The notes under the pieces: generated by a model
The model's input: the letters and a program-made list of their open reading frames with translations, nothing else
What the model was told of the DNA's origin: nothing
The model's database searches: none
Program-made: the position numbers and the translations under genes
Origin: a virus
Virus record (IMG/VR): IMGVR_UViG_3300035669_000001
Coordinates: 1 to 64,000 of that record
DNA: 64,000 nt
Strand: one strand, 5' to 3'
Shown here: positions 27,813-36,554 of the stretch, piece after piece
How positions within the stretch are numbered: the stretch's first letter is position 1
Layout of the letters: the number at the start of each line of letters is the position of its first letter

Positions 27813-27906
27813 AGACGCAGGGGGCGTGACAGGTCTTGCAGGTCAGCCGGCAGTCGGCGTGGTTGCCGTGGAAGCAGTAGGTCGAGAGGTAGACGTGGTC
27901 CTCCAT
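27787..27906 (-). CDS. Cys/His-rich microprotein
   Basis: HVYLSTYCFHGNHADCRLTCKTCHAPCVCECH. Confidence 0.65.
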   Translation of the reverse strand: MEDHVYLSTYCFHGNHADCRLTCKTCHAPCVCECHRGQE

Positions 27907-27952
27907 GGCTTTCATCCTAAGGTCGCGTGGACCCCGATGAGAGGATTGGCCT

Positions 27953-29950
27953 GTGAGTATCGACCAGTCCAACTACGCCCAGATGGTGGACGTCACCCAG
28001 GAGGGTGAGGTCAAGCAGCTGCCTGTCGGCGGGATGTTCGACGAGATGGGCGGGACCGGGCTCAAGCGCTCTGCGGGGGTCATCGACGAGGAGTTCATGC
28101 CCGCCCTCCGGGGCACCAAGGGCGTCGCGGTCTTCCGGGAGATGTCGCTCAACGACTACACCGTGGGCTCGTTGCTGTTCACGATCGAGATGCTGCTGCG
28201 CCAGATCGACTGGACGGTGACCGGGGACGACACCTCACCGGAGCAGTCAGAGGCTGTGCAGTTCGTGGAGGAGTGCATGGACGACATGTCCCACTCCTGG
28301 AACGACATGATCGCCGAGATCCTCTCGATGCTCACCTACGGGTGGGCCTGGCACGAAATCGTCTACAAGAAGCGGGTAGGGCCCTGGGAGACCGACCCCA
28401 AGAAGCGCTCCAAGTTCACCGATGGCCGGATCGGGTGGCGCAAGATGCCCATCCGGGCCCAGGAGACGCTGTTCCGGTGGATCTTCGACGTCGACGGCGG
28501 CATCAAGGGGCTCGTGCAGATCCCTCCCCCGGACTACACCCAGCGCACCTTGAGCATCGAGAAGGGCCTGCTGTTCCGCACCGGGATCCACAAGGGCAAC
28601 CCCGAGGGCCGGTCAATCCTTCGGAACGCGTACCGCCCGTGGTACTTCAAGAAGCGCCTGGAGGAGTTCGAGGCGATCGGGGTCGAGCGTGATCTTGCGG
28701 GCCTTCCATTCGCCAAGATCCCCAGCCGGCTGATGGACCCGAACGCCTCCCCTGCTGAGAAGCAGATGTACGCAGCGTTCAAGAAGCTCGTGGCCAACGT
28801 CCGGCGGGACGAGCACGAAGGGGTAGTGATTCCCAGCGACGTCGACGCCGAATCCAAGGCCCCCAAGTACGACTTCCAGCTCCTCGCCTCCGGGGGCAGC
28901 CGCACCTTCGACACCAACGCGCTGATCGGCCGCTACGAGCTGGCCATCCTCTCGACCGTTCTGGCCGACTTCCTCAAGCTGGGTCACGAGGGTCAGGGCT
29001 CCTACGCCATGCACGTGGACAAGACCGGCATCTTCCGGGCTGCTCTCAACACCATAGCCACTGCCATCGCCGACGTCTTCAACCGCTACGCGATCCCGAG
29101 GCTGTTCGCGGCCAACTCCTGGAAGCTGGACAAGCTCCCCAAGATCGAGCCCTCCAACGTCGACCCGCCCAACCTGGCCGAGCTGGGCCAGTTCATGACG
29201 TCCATGGCGGGCCTGGGGATGACCTTCTTCCCCGACCCCGACCTCGAGAAGTACCTGCGTGACACCGCGCACCTCCCCGCCCTCTCAGAGGAGCAGGAGG
29301 AGATGCACCGGATGATGAGCGAGCAGGCCAACGCGATGGAGTTCATGGGGGCCAAGCAGAAGGCCGAGATGGTGGGCCAGGGGATGACCCCCGAACAGGC
29401 CCAGATGCAGTCGGAGATGCCCACCCCGGAGATGCAGGCCCAGGATCCCCAGGCCCAGGCGACCAACCAGAAGATGCAGATGGACCAGGCGGCCTCTGAG
29501 CAGAAGATGGCCCAGGAGGCACAGTCCCACTCACTGCAGCAGGCCACCCAGGCCCAGGGGCTGGAGCAGGCCACCAAGGAGACCGACCTCAAGGCCAAGC
29601 AGGGCGAGGCCGAGCTGGCGACCGAGATGAAGCGGATGCAGATGGAGCTCGACGCCATGAAGGCCAAGATGGGCCTGGAGGCAGAGGGTTCCAAGCAGAC
29701 CCTGGACGCCAAGGCCAAGGGCTCCGCGCTCGACCTCAAGGCCAAGGAGGCGAGCACCAAGGCCGACCTGGACGCCAAGAGGCGGGGCAACGTGATCGAC
29801 CTGAAGGCCAAGCAGGCCCAGGCGAAGCTGCGTCCACAGCCGGCCGCAGGAAGGTCCAAGGGACGCGGAAGGGTGAGCAAGAACGGCAATCTCGGGCCTT
29901 CCAACGGCTGGGGCTGGCCGAACGATGACAACCCGTTCCGTAGGTCCTGA
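27953..29950 (+). CDS. Portal protein (Mu gp29/DUF935-like) with long C-terminal extension
   Basis: MLTYGWAWHEIVYK, GNPEGRSILRNAYRPWYFKK, GVERDLAGLP, AIPRLF..N. Confidence 0.92.
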   Translation: MSIDQSNYAQMVDVTQEGEVKQLPVGGMFDEMGGTGLKRSAGVIDEEFMPALRGTKGVAVFREMSLNDYTVGSLLFTIEMLLRQIDWTVTGDDTSPEQSEAVQFVEECMDDMSHSWNDMIAEILSMLTYGWAWHEIVYKKRVGPWETDPKKRSKFTDGRIGWRKMPIRAQETLFRWIFDVDGGIKGLVQIPPPDYTQRTLSIEKGLLFRTGIHKGNPEGRSILRNAYRPWYFKKRLEEFEAIGVERDLAGLPFAKIPSRLMDPNASPAEKQMYAAFKKLVANVRRDEHEGVVIPSDVDAESKAPKYDFQLLASGGSRTFDTNALIGRYELAILSTVLADFLKLGHEGQGSYAMHVDKTGIFRAALNTIATAIADVFNRYAIPRLFAANSWKLDKLPKIEPSNVDPPNLAELGQFMTSMAGLGMTFFPDPDLEKYLRDTAHLPALSEEQEEMHRMMSEQANAMEFMGAKQKAEMVGQGMTPEQAQMQSEMPTPEMQAQDPQAQATNQKMQMDQAASEQKMAQEAQSHSLQQATQAQGLEQATKETDLKAKQGEAELATEMKRMQMELDAMKAKMGLEAEGSKQTLDAKAKGSALDLKAKEASTKADLDAKRRGNVIDLKAKQAQAKLRPQPAAGRSKGRGRVSKNGNLGPSNGWGWPNDDNPFRRS

Positions 29951-32900
29951 TGCCCTGGGAGCGCACCGGCAGCGGCTACAAGACCGCCAAGGGCGGCTTC
30001 GTCCGTAATCCTGGTCAGTACGAGACCCTTAGGTCCAAGGGGATGTCCAAGAGACGTGCGGCCATGATCTCCAACTCGGTGGGCAAGTCCTACATCGGCG
30101 GCAAGTTCGTCCGGGCGGTGGACCTGACCGCCGAGCAGCGCAAGGTCCTGGGCGCAGGCAAGTACATCCTTTACCGCGGCCGCAACAAGCATGTCAGCAG
30201 AGGTCTTGAGAGGTTCGGACCGAACAACCAATGGAGGCAGTCTCGAGGAGCCAGCGGCAACCGGGGCACCCACCTCAACGAGTACAGGGCAGGGTGGAGC
30301 GCTACCAAGAACGTCGTCGCAGCGCCAGGGAACATGGGTGGTGCTCGCCGGAACAAGCAGGCGTACCGCCGGCTTGAGCAGGTCAACGGGGAGACCAACA
30401 CCGCTGCCTTCACCATCCGTACCGGGTCCAAGAGCACAGGCAAGTCCCACGTCTTCTACAACCGGAAGCGGATGCAGGAGGCCGAGAGTCATAAGCCCGG
30501 CTACCTGGCTGCCGTAGCTCCACACGAGCACGCCCATGCCGCTCCCAAGAGGTCCGGCTACCGGCTCTTCCAGGTCATCCAGGACCCTGCCACGCTGGGA
30601 CGCGAGGAGGCCAGGGCGGACTTCATCGCCTCAGGTGGGAAGCCGGTCAGGGGGCTGAAACGCACGTCCTTCTACGCCCACAACGCCCTGCGGGATCGAC
30701 AGGCGTCCAAGTACAAGTACGTGAAGGACGTCGGGGGCAAGCAGGGCGAGTTCGGTGCGTCCTACATCGCGCACACCCGGATGCTGCACAACAAGATCAG
30801 CAAGCCAAAGAAGGTGTCCAAGGCGTTCGGCGGGGTCAAGCGGGTGGCAGGAGCCTTCGCCAGGAAGCCCACAGCAGAGGCCGCGACCTTCGTGGACAAC
30901 CGGGTGGCTCAGGTTGCTCCCGGGATCACCAGGGCCGCTGCACCGCCGAAGAACGCCACCCAGTCACTGGTCAGCGACACGTTGGCCCACATCAACCGGG
31001 TCAAGGCCAGCCCTCCTGCTGCTGTCCCCTTCGCCCCGCACAAGCCCAAGACCATCGGGTCACTGGGGGCCGAGTGGCATCCCAAGCCACAGGCAGCCGC
31101 TGCGTCCGGGGCTCTCAGCTTCAAGGGCCACAAGGCGCCTCCGCTGACCAAGCCCGCACCAGCGAAGGCAAAGCCTGTTCAGGCACCCCCACCCGCTGCT
31201 CCTCGGCTCTCCCGTGTTGGTGCCCAGCGGAGCAGGTCGGGGTTCCAGGGGTTCACCCGGAGGCCCAGGGTTGTTCCTGCGGCCCCCAGTGCCCCTCCCA
31301 GGGCCGCTCCTGCAGTCACCAGGCCACCTAGTGCCCAGCCGGTGAGCACACCGACCCAGGCTCCGCGTGGCAACGGCCGGCGCAACGCCGGCATTGCAGC
31401 AGCCGGTGCAGGTGCGGTAGGTCTTACCGGAGCAGCGGTCTACTCGAGGAGGAAAAAGGTGGACGGCGTATCAAAGGCGTTCTCCCTACGCGGGGTCGCC
31501 CCGCGCCGGATGGGGGTCAACGTCGGCCAGCATGCCGGTGTGAACACACCACGCAGGGCCGGTGGCTTGTCGAGCATGTTCCAGCGGGGCAGTGCGCCGA
31601 AGCGCGCCATGCAGGCAGGCTCGCGGGAGATGGGTGTCGCTGCCAGCCCTCGTCGGCTGATGGGTCCAGGTGCCGCCCCAGGTGGCGGCATCAACCCCCG
31701 CGGGACTGGACGCCCTGCCAGTGCTGTGGGCCGTCCAGGACTGGCTGCTGCTCCCTCGGTGGCCGCCGGTGGTCCTGCCGCGGCCGCACCCAAGGTGGGA
31801 GGCATCGCCCGTCCGGTCGGTTCCGGCAGCAGGCCGGCGCCGAAGACCGGCGGGATGGCCCGGCCCTACGCCCCGGTGCCCAAGCCTCCGGTGACCACTC
31901 CCAAGCTGCCAGGGGCTGCTGCAGCGCGTCCGTACGCGCCTGTCCCTGTCGCTCCGAGGACCAGCAACCGGAACCGTAACCTTGCCCTGGGAGCAGGCGC
32001 TGTGGGTGCTGGCGGGCTCGGCATGGCCGGTGGTGCTCTCGGGCAGCGCAAGGTCCGCAAGTCCTTCTCGCCCAACCAGGCACGAGACGAAAGGGGCAGG
32101 TTCATGCCCATGGTGCAGATGCTCCAGGTCAACGACTTCGAGCAGACCGAGGACAACGTCGAGAAGAAGTTCGACCGGACCGACAAGATCATCGCCGGAC
32201 TGTCAGCAGTCGGGTTGGCCGGTGCCGGGGCTGCCGCCTACAAGGGCAACAAGGAGGCCAAGCGTCTGGGTGGCACGAAGGGACTCACCACCAAGGAGAA
32301 GATCTTCGGTGTCCGGGGCAAGGTTGCCCAGTGGGCCGGTACCGAGAAGCCCAAAGGTTGGAAGCCCTCGGACCGGGTGCACAAGTCTCTGCGGGTCACA
32401 GGGGCACGTCGGCTCCCGGGGTACAAGCCACATCCTGACGACGTGGAGGAAGCGGTCGCCCTGGCACGCAAGCAGTTCCCCGGTCGCAAGACGACCAAGA
32501 AGGAGGTCCTGGAGGAGCTTCAACCCTCTGGTGGTCTGGGTGGTGTAGCAGGTAGGGGCTTCGGGGCAAGGTCGAACCGCATCTCCAAGGGCTCTCCCGA
32601 CATGGCCGACGTCCACATCGAGGGTGTGCTGCGTCCGGTCGGCAAGATGCGTCGTGCCCGGGTGGAGAAGGGCATGGTCGTGGTGGGCAAGGCCGACGAG
32701 CCCCGCAAGCCCGGCCAGTGGAACGCCAACCAGCGTGCTGGCGCTGCTGGACTGGTGAGCACGTTGGCCGGTGGTGCCATTCCCCTCGGGGTAGGGATCG
32801 GCGCTGGCAGTGCTGCGCGCAAGGGCAAGCGGTTCAAGACCGGCGGCAACGCCTTCGTCCGCACCGGCGCGGAGGGCGGCGTCGGGGGTGCTGTGGGAGC

Positions 32901-33039
32901 AGGTGCGGGTATGTTGACCCGCAACCGTATGGCTACGAAGATCGGCGCAGCTCTCGGTGGAGGTGTCGGGACCGTCCACGGTGCCAATCGGTCGATCGCC
33001 AACTCACGTCGCAAGGGATACCTGAGGAGCGGTTTCTAG
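29950..33039 (+). CDS. Very basic modular head-associated protein (candidate polyprotein)
   Basis: 1029 aa, R/K/A/G/P-rich; about 10 [VI]xK[SAGKM] sites; HEHAH motif; RDERGRF; PDMADVHI. Confidence 0.75.
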   Translation: MPWERTGSGYKTAKGGFVRNPGQYETLRSKGMSKRRAAMISNSVGKSYIGGKFVRAVDLTAEQRKVLGAGKYILYRGRNKHVSRGLERFGPNNQWRQSRGASGNRGTHLNEYRAGWSATKNVVAAPGNMGGARRNKQAYRRLEQVNGETNTAAFTIRTGSKSTGKSHVFYNRKRMQEAESHKPGYLAAVAPHEHAHAAPKRSGYRLFQVIQDPATLGREEARADFIASGGKPVRGLKRTSFYAHNALRDRQASKYKYVKDVGGKQGEFGASYIAHTRMLHNKISKPKKVSKAFGGVKRVAGAFARKPTAEAATFVDNRVAQVAPGITRAAAPPKNATQSLVSDTLAHINRVKASPPAAVPFAPHKPKTIGSLGAEWHPKPQAAAASGALSFKGHKAPPLTKPAPAKAKPVQAPPPAAPRLSRVGAQRSRSGFQGFTRRPRVVPAAPSAPPRAAPAVTRPPSAQPVSTPTQAPRGNGRRNAGIAAAGAGAVGLTGAAVYSRRKKVDGVSKAFSLRGVAPRRMGVNVGQHAGVNTPRRAGGLSSMFQRGSAPKRAMQAGSREMGVAASPRRLMGPGAAPGGGINPRGTGRPASAVGRPGLAAAPSVAAGGPAAAAPKVGGIARPVGSGSRPAPKTGGMARPYAPVPKPPVTTPKLPGAAAARPYAPVPVAPRTSNRNRNLALGAGAVGAGGLGMAGGALGQRKVRKSFSPNQARDERGRFMPMVQMLQVNDFEQTEDNVEKKFDRTDKIIAGLSAVGLAGAGAAAYKGNKEAKRLGGTKGLTTKEKIFGVRGKVAQWAGTEKPKGWKPSDRVHKSLRVTGARRLPGYKPHPDDVEEAVALARKQFPGRKTTKKEVLEELQPSGGLGGVAGRGFGARSNRISKGSPDMADVHIEGVLRPVGKMRRARVEKGMVVVGKADEPRKPGQWNANQRAGAAGLVSTLAGGAIPLGVGIGAGSAARKGKRFKTGGNAFVRTGAEGGVGGAVGAGAGMLTRNRMATKIGAALGGGVGTVHGANRSIANSRRKGYLRSGF

Positions 33040-33042
33040 GCC

Positions 33043-35121
33043 ATGACCCAGCCCAAGGTCGTGATCCACGGGAAGTTCGAGGACGGAGACCTCCCCGCCC
33101 AGGGGACGCTGACGTTCTCCGACTTCGCCTTCTCCACCGACACGGTGGAGAACGTCATCCACGTCCCCCACACGGAGAAGGCCTACCTCGACCAGAACGG
33201 TGAGTTCTGGGTGGAGCTGCCCCTGAACGTGGGCATCAACTCCACCCCCACGCCCCGCCGGTACTCCGTGGACATCGCCGTCTCGGGGTTCGCCGACTCC
33301 TGGGAGTTCGTGCTCGACCCGACTTCCCTGCAGGTCGAGCTCTCCTCCCTGATGCCGGTCAACGCCCCGCCGGTGATCCCCTACCAGTACGTCTCCTCGC
33401 TGATGGGCATGACGGGCCCGATCACCTACTCCGACTTCATTGAGCGCGTCCCACAGCTGGCCCCGGACGCCGGCAAGAGCGCCTACGAGCTCTGGGTGGA
33501 CCAGGGCAACACCGGGTCGTTCTCCGACTTCCTGGACGACATCTCAGGCCCTCCTGGGATCATGGGGCCGCGCGGTGCCCAGGGAGACATAGGCACCGAG
33601 GGCCCACGGGGGCTGAGAGGCCCGGCTGGACCCCAGGGCAGGCCCTTCCACCTCGACGCCATCGTGATGACCGAGTCGGCTCTCAGTGGCGGTGGAGGGG
33701 TGCTCACCGACGACGAGCAGACCGTCCTGATGCCCAAGTGGAGCATCGTCGCCGTCTTGGAGAACCAGTCCTTCTACCACTTCGACGGGGTCGAGTGGCG
33801 CAACCTCGGCTCCTACAAGGGCGCGCAGGGGGAGCCGGGCAACACCCCGACCGCGGCCGACCTCGGGCTCGGGACCTTCGTGGGCCTCACCCCGGCCACG
33901 ATGCCCATCCCCGGCTCGGTGCAGATCGCCCTGAACACCCTGGCGGCCAACGTGGGCCAGGTGCAGAGTGTCAACGGCCAGGTCGGTGAGGTGGAGATCG
34001 GCGCGGACGACGTGGGTCTCGGCAACGTCGCCAACCTGGCTCCCTCCCAGATGCCCGTCTCGGCCGACACCCAGGCGGCCCTGAACGCCCTGAGCGTCCT
34101 GCTGGGGGGCAAGGAGCCCCTGCTGCCCTCGGGCGGCACGGTGACCACCTTCCTGCGCGGGGACAAGTCCTGGCGCACCCTGATCCCCGCTGACGTGGGT
34201 CTGGGGCAGGTGCGGAACTTCGCCTCGATGAACGTGCTGGGCTCGGTGAGCCTGGACGCCGTGACCTCCACCGGCACCTACCACCAGCCCTTTGACACGG
34301 TCGCCTCCACCGACCTGGGCTACCCGGTGAACAGGGCGGGCTTCCTGGTGGTGGTGGCCAACAACGACGGCACCAAGATGGTCGCCCAGAGCTACACCAC
34401 CTACGGCTACGCGGGGTCGGAGTCCCGGGTCTATCTGCGCGCGATCTACGCCACCAACTCCTGGGGCCCCTGGCGGCAGGTCTACACCTCATCGGGTGCT
34501 GACCCCTTCACGGCGCAGTCCTACCGGGGCACCTCGGGTGGAGGGGTGTCAGCCTCCGGTGTGGTGCATGCGCGGTCCTTCGTGGCCAGTGCGGGCATCT
34601 CGGCTTTTGACCTGGACTCCGCAGCAGGGGTGACGGTGTCCTACCCGCTGGCCCCGGTGGTCGGCACCCTGCCGGACGCCTTCCCACAGGGGTACTCGGT
34701 CTGGCGCCTGCAGGCCGGTGCAGCCGGCAGCCCCACCGGCTACCCGGTTCTCTCGGGCACACTGGAGAGCTACCGCAACACCTTCTACCCCAGGCAGCGC
34801 CTCACAGCAGTCGACGGCACGGTCTACACCAGGACCTTCTCGGGAACCTGGTCGCCCTGGAAGGTCAGCGACAACCTCCAGTTCCTGGCCGGTCAGGTGG
34901 CCATCCTGCCCTCTGCCATCGACGTCCCCACCTCGGTGGTGGTCAACCTTCCGGCTGGGAGGTTCAGCGTCCCGCCTGTTACCGTCGTCTCGGCCAACTC
35001 CTCGGTGCCCGACCGGATCCACGTCAGCACCCAGCTCGCCACGGTGGACTCCTTCACCGTCACCATGACCCGGTCGTCCGTGGCCAACACCTTCATCAAC
35101 TGGCTGGCCGTAGGAGTCTGA
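33043..35121 (+). CDS. Tail fibre with pyocin-knob-like domains
   Basis: SAYELW, collagen, VQSVNGQVG..DVGLGNV, two knob-like repeats ending WGPW/WSPW, C-terminal H-lectin-like INWLAVG. Confidence 0.8.
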   Translation: MTQPKVVIHGKFEDGDLPAQGTLTFSDFAFSTDTVENVIHVPHTEKAYLDQNGEFWVELPLNVGINSTPTPRRYSVDIAVSGFADSWEFVLDPTSLQVELSSLMPVNAPPVIPYQYVSSLMGMTGPITYSDFIERVPQLAPDAGKSAYELWVDQGNTGSFSDFLDDISGPPGIMGPRGAQGDIGTEGPRGLRGPAGPQGRPFHLDAIVMTESALSGGGGVLTDDEQTVLMPKWSIVAVLENQSFYHFDGVEWRNLGSYKGAQGEPGNTPTAADLGLGTFVGLTPATMPIPGSVQIALNTLAANVGQVQSVNGQVGEVEIGADDVGLGNVANLAPSQMPVSADTQAALNALSVLLGGKEPLLPSGGTVTTFLRGDKSWRTLIPADVGLGQVRNFASMNVLGSVSLDAVTSTGTYHQPFDTVASTDLGYPVNRAGFLVVVANNDGTKMVAQSYTTYGYAGSESRVYLRAIYATNSWGPWRQVYTSSGADPFTAQSYRGTSGGGVSASGVVHARSFVASAGISAFDLDSAAGVTVSYPLAPVVGTLPDAFPQGYSVWRLQAGAAGSPTGYPVLSGTLESYRNTFYPRQRLTAVDGTVYTRTFSGTWSPWKVSDNLQFLAGQVAILPSAIDVPTSVVVNLPAGRFSVPPVTVVSANSSVPDRIHVSTQLATVDSFTVTMTRSSVANTFINWLAVGV

Positions 35122-35122
35122 C

Positions 35123-35665
35123 ATGGGTCGTCTGGTCGAGAGACTGAGATGGCTTGCATCCAAGCCACTGCTGTTCGGGCACTGGATTGTGGAGAAGATC
35201 GACGACTCCAGGATCAAGGCGTGTCCGGTCACCCGGGCCCTGATCCGGCTCATCTCCTCGGCGACCTTCGTCTACGCGATGGCGATCATGGTCGGTGGTG
35301 AGAAGCGCTGGTCCCAGGTCACCTACTCGGTCCTCAACCAGTTTCCTGGTTCTCCGTACAGCTGGGCCTCGATCCTGATGACCACGACGGTGATGGTGAT
35401 GGCCGGGTCGCTGCTGGCCTCGCACGACCACTCCTGGGGCCAGTGGCTGAAAGACGCCGGGTTCTTCCTCGGGTGCCTGTGGTGGATCACCTTCGGGCTC
35501 TGCGTGGCCAGCGCGGTCACCCCCACCAACTCGGTGCCCTTCTCCACTGCGGTATTCCCGTTGCTGCCTATCGTCGTCTACGTCTGTCTGGGCATGGTCG
35601 ACGAGCGCAACTCCTTCGACGACGAGGAGATCTTCGCCAGGCCCTACCACTCACACCCCGCGTAG
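35123..35665 (+). CDS. Membrane protein (4 TM)
   Basis: Four hydrophobic segments. Confidence 0.75.
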   Translation: MGRLVERLRWLASKPLLFGHWIVEKIDDSRIKACPVTRALIRLISSATFVYAMAIMVGGEKRWSQVTYSVLNQFPGSPYSWASILMTTTVMVMAGSLLASHDHSWGQWLKDAGFFLGCLWWITFGLCVASAVTPTNSVPFSTAVFPLLPIVVYVCLGMVDERNSFDDEEIFARPYHSHPA

Positions 35666-35673
35666 GAGCCGCC

Positions 35674-36135
35674 ATGATCCAGAAACACTCCATCCCCTCG
35701 CCCAACCCTGTCGCGTTCGGGATGAGCGTTCTGCTGATGGTGGCGTTGGTACAGATAGCCAGGGGCCAGGGTGACGTGCCGGTCTCTCTCCAGGAGATGC
35801 CTACCACCGGGATCGTCGCGCTCTACGGGATGGCACTGGGCTGCCTGATGGTCATCGGGGGCAGCGCGTTCCAGGTCCCGTCGCGCTTCCTCTCGCTCCG
35901 CACCAGGATCAACGGCTTCTGGGTGGAGTTCTTCGGCAGTGTGCTGGTCGGCTTCGGTACGGTGGCCTACTGGCTGGCGATCTACCTGGTCAACCCGGTG
36001 CAGGGCACCCTTGCGGGGTTCTCCAGCGCCTGTCTCACACTCATGTTCTGTGGTCGGGGGATCCAGATCATCCGTCTCGTCCTCCGAGTGGGGAGGGAGG
36101 CGGATGCTCTCCGGGCGAAGGAGTCCCTCGAGTGA
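35674..36135 (+). CDS. Membrane protein (4 TM)
   Basis: ATG after AGGAG; four hydrophobic segments. Confidence 0.75.
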   Translation: MIQKHSIPSPNPVAFGMSVLLMVALVQIARGQGDVPVSLQEMPTTGIVALYGMALGCLMVIGGSAFQVPSRFLSLRTRINGFWVEFFGSVLVGFGTVAYWLAIYLVNPVQGTLAGFSSACLTLMFCGRGIQIIRLVLRVGREADALRAKESLE

Positions 36136-36539
36136 ACACGCAGCTGGTCTACAACGTGATCCTGGCGGTCGTCGGGACCACGTGGTTCGGCAGTGCCTTG
36201 ATGTTCTTCCTGACCCGGAGGCGCTTCCGCGCCGACGTCCGGAAGGTGGAGGCCACCATCACCACCGACGAGGCCAACACCGCACGGATCATCACCGAGA
36301 CCTCCTCCGGGCTGCTCAAGGACGTCAACGCCCAGTTGGCGGCCCAGGCCAACCGGATCGCCAGCCTGGAGCAGTCCCGGGTCGCCACCATCGCCTTCAT
36401 GCGCCGGCAGGGGATGGCCCTGCGGCAGATGCGGGACATCGTTCTCGTGCTCAACAAGGAGCTCGAGAAGGTCGACGGGAAGTCCCATCCGGTGCCCGAC
36501 ATCGACGAGATCCTCAACACCGACATCACTAGCCTGTGA
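36132..36539 (+). CDS. Single-TM coiled-coil protein (holin/lysis accessory-like)
   Basis: N-terminal TM, RRRFR, coiled coil, HPVP end. Confidence 0.7.
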   Translation: MNTQLVYNVILAVVGTTWFGSALMFFLTRRRFRADVRKVEATITTDEANTARIITETSSGLLKDVNAQLAAQANRIASLEQSRVATIAFMRRQGMALRQMRDIVLVLNKELEKVDGKSHPVPDIDEILNTDITSL

Positions 36540-36554
36540 TGGGAGAATCCTGGT

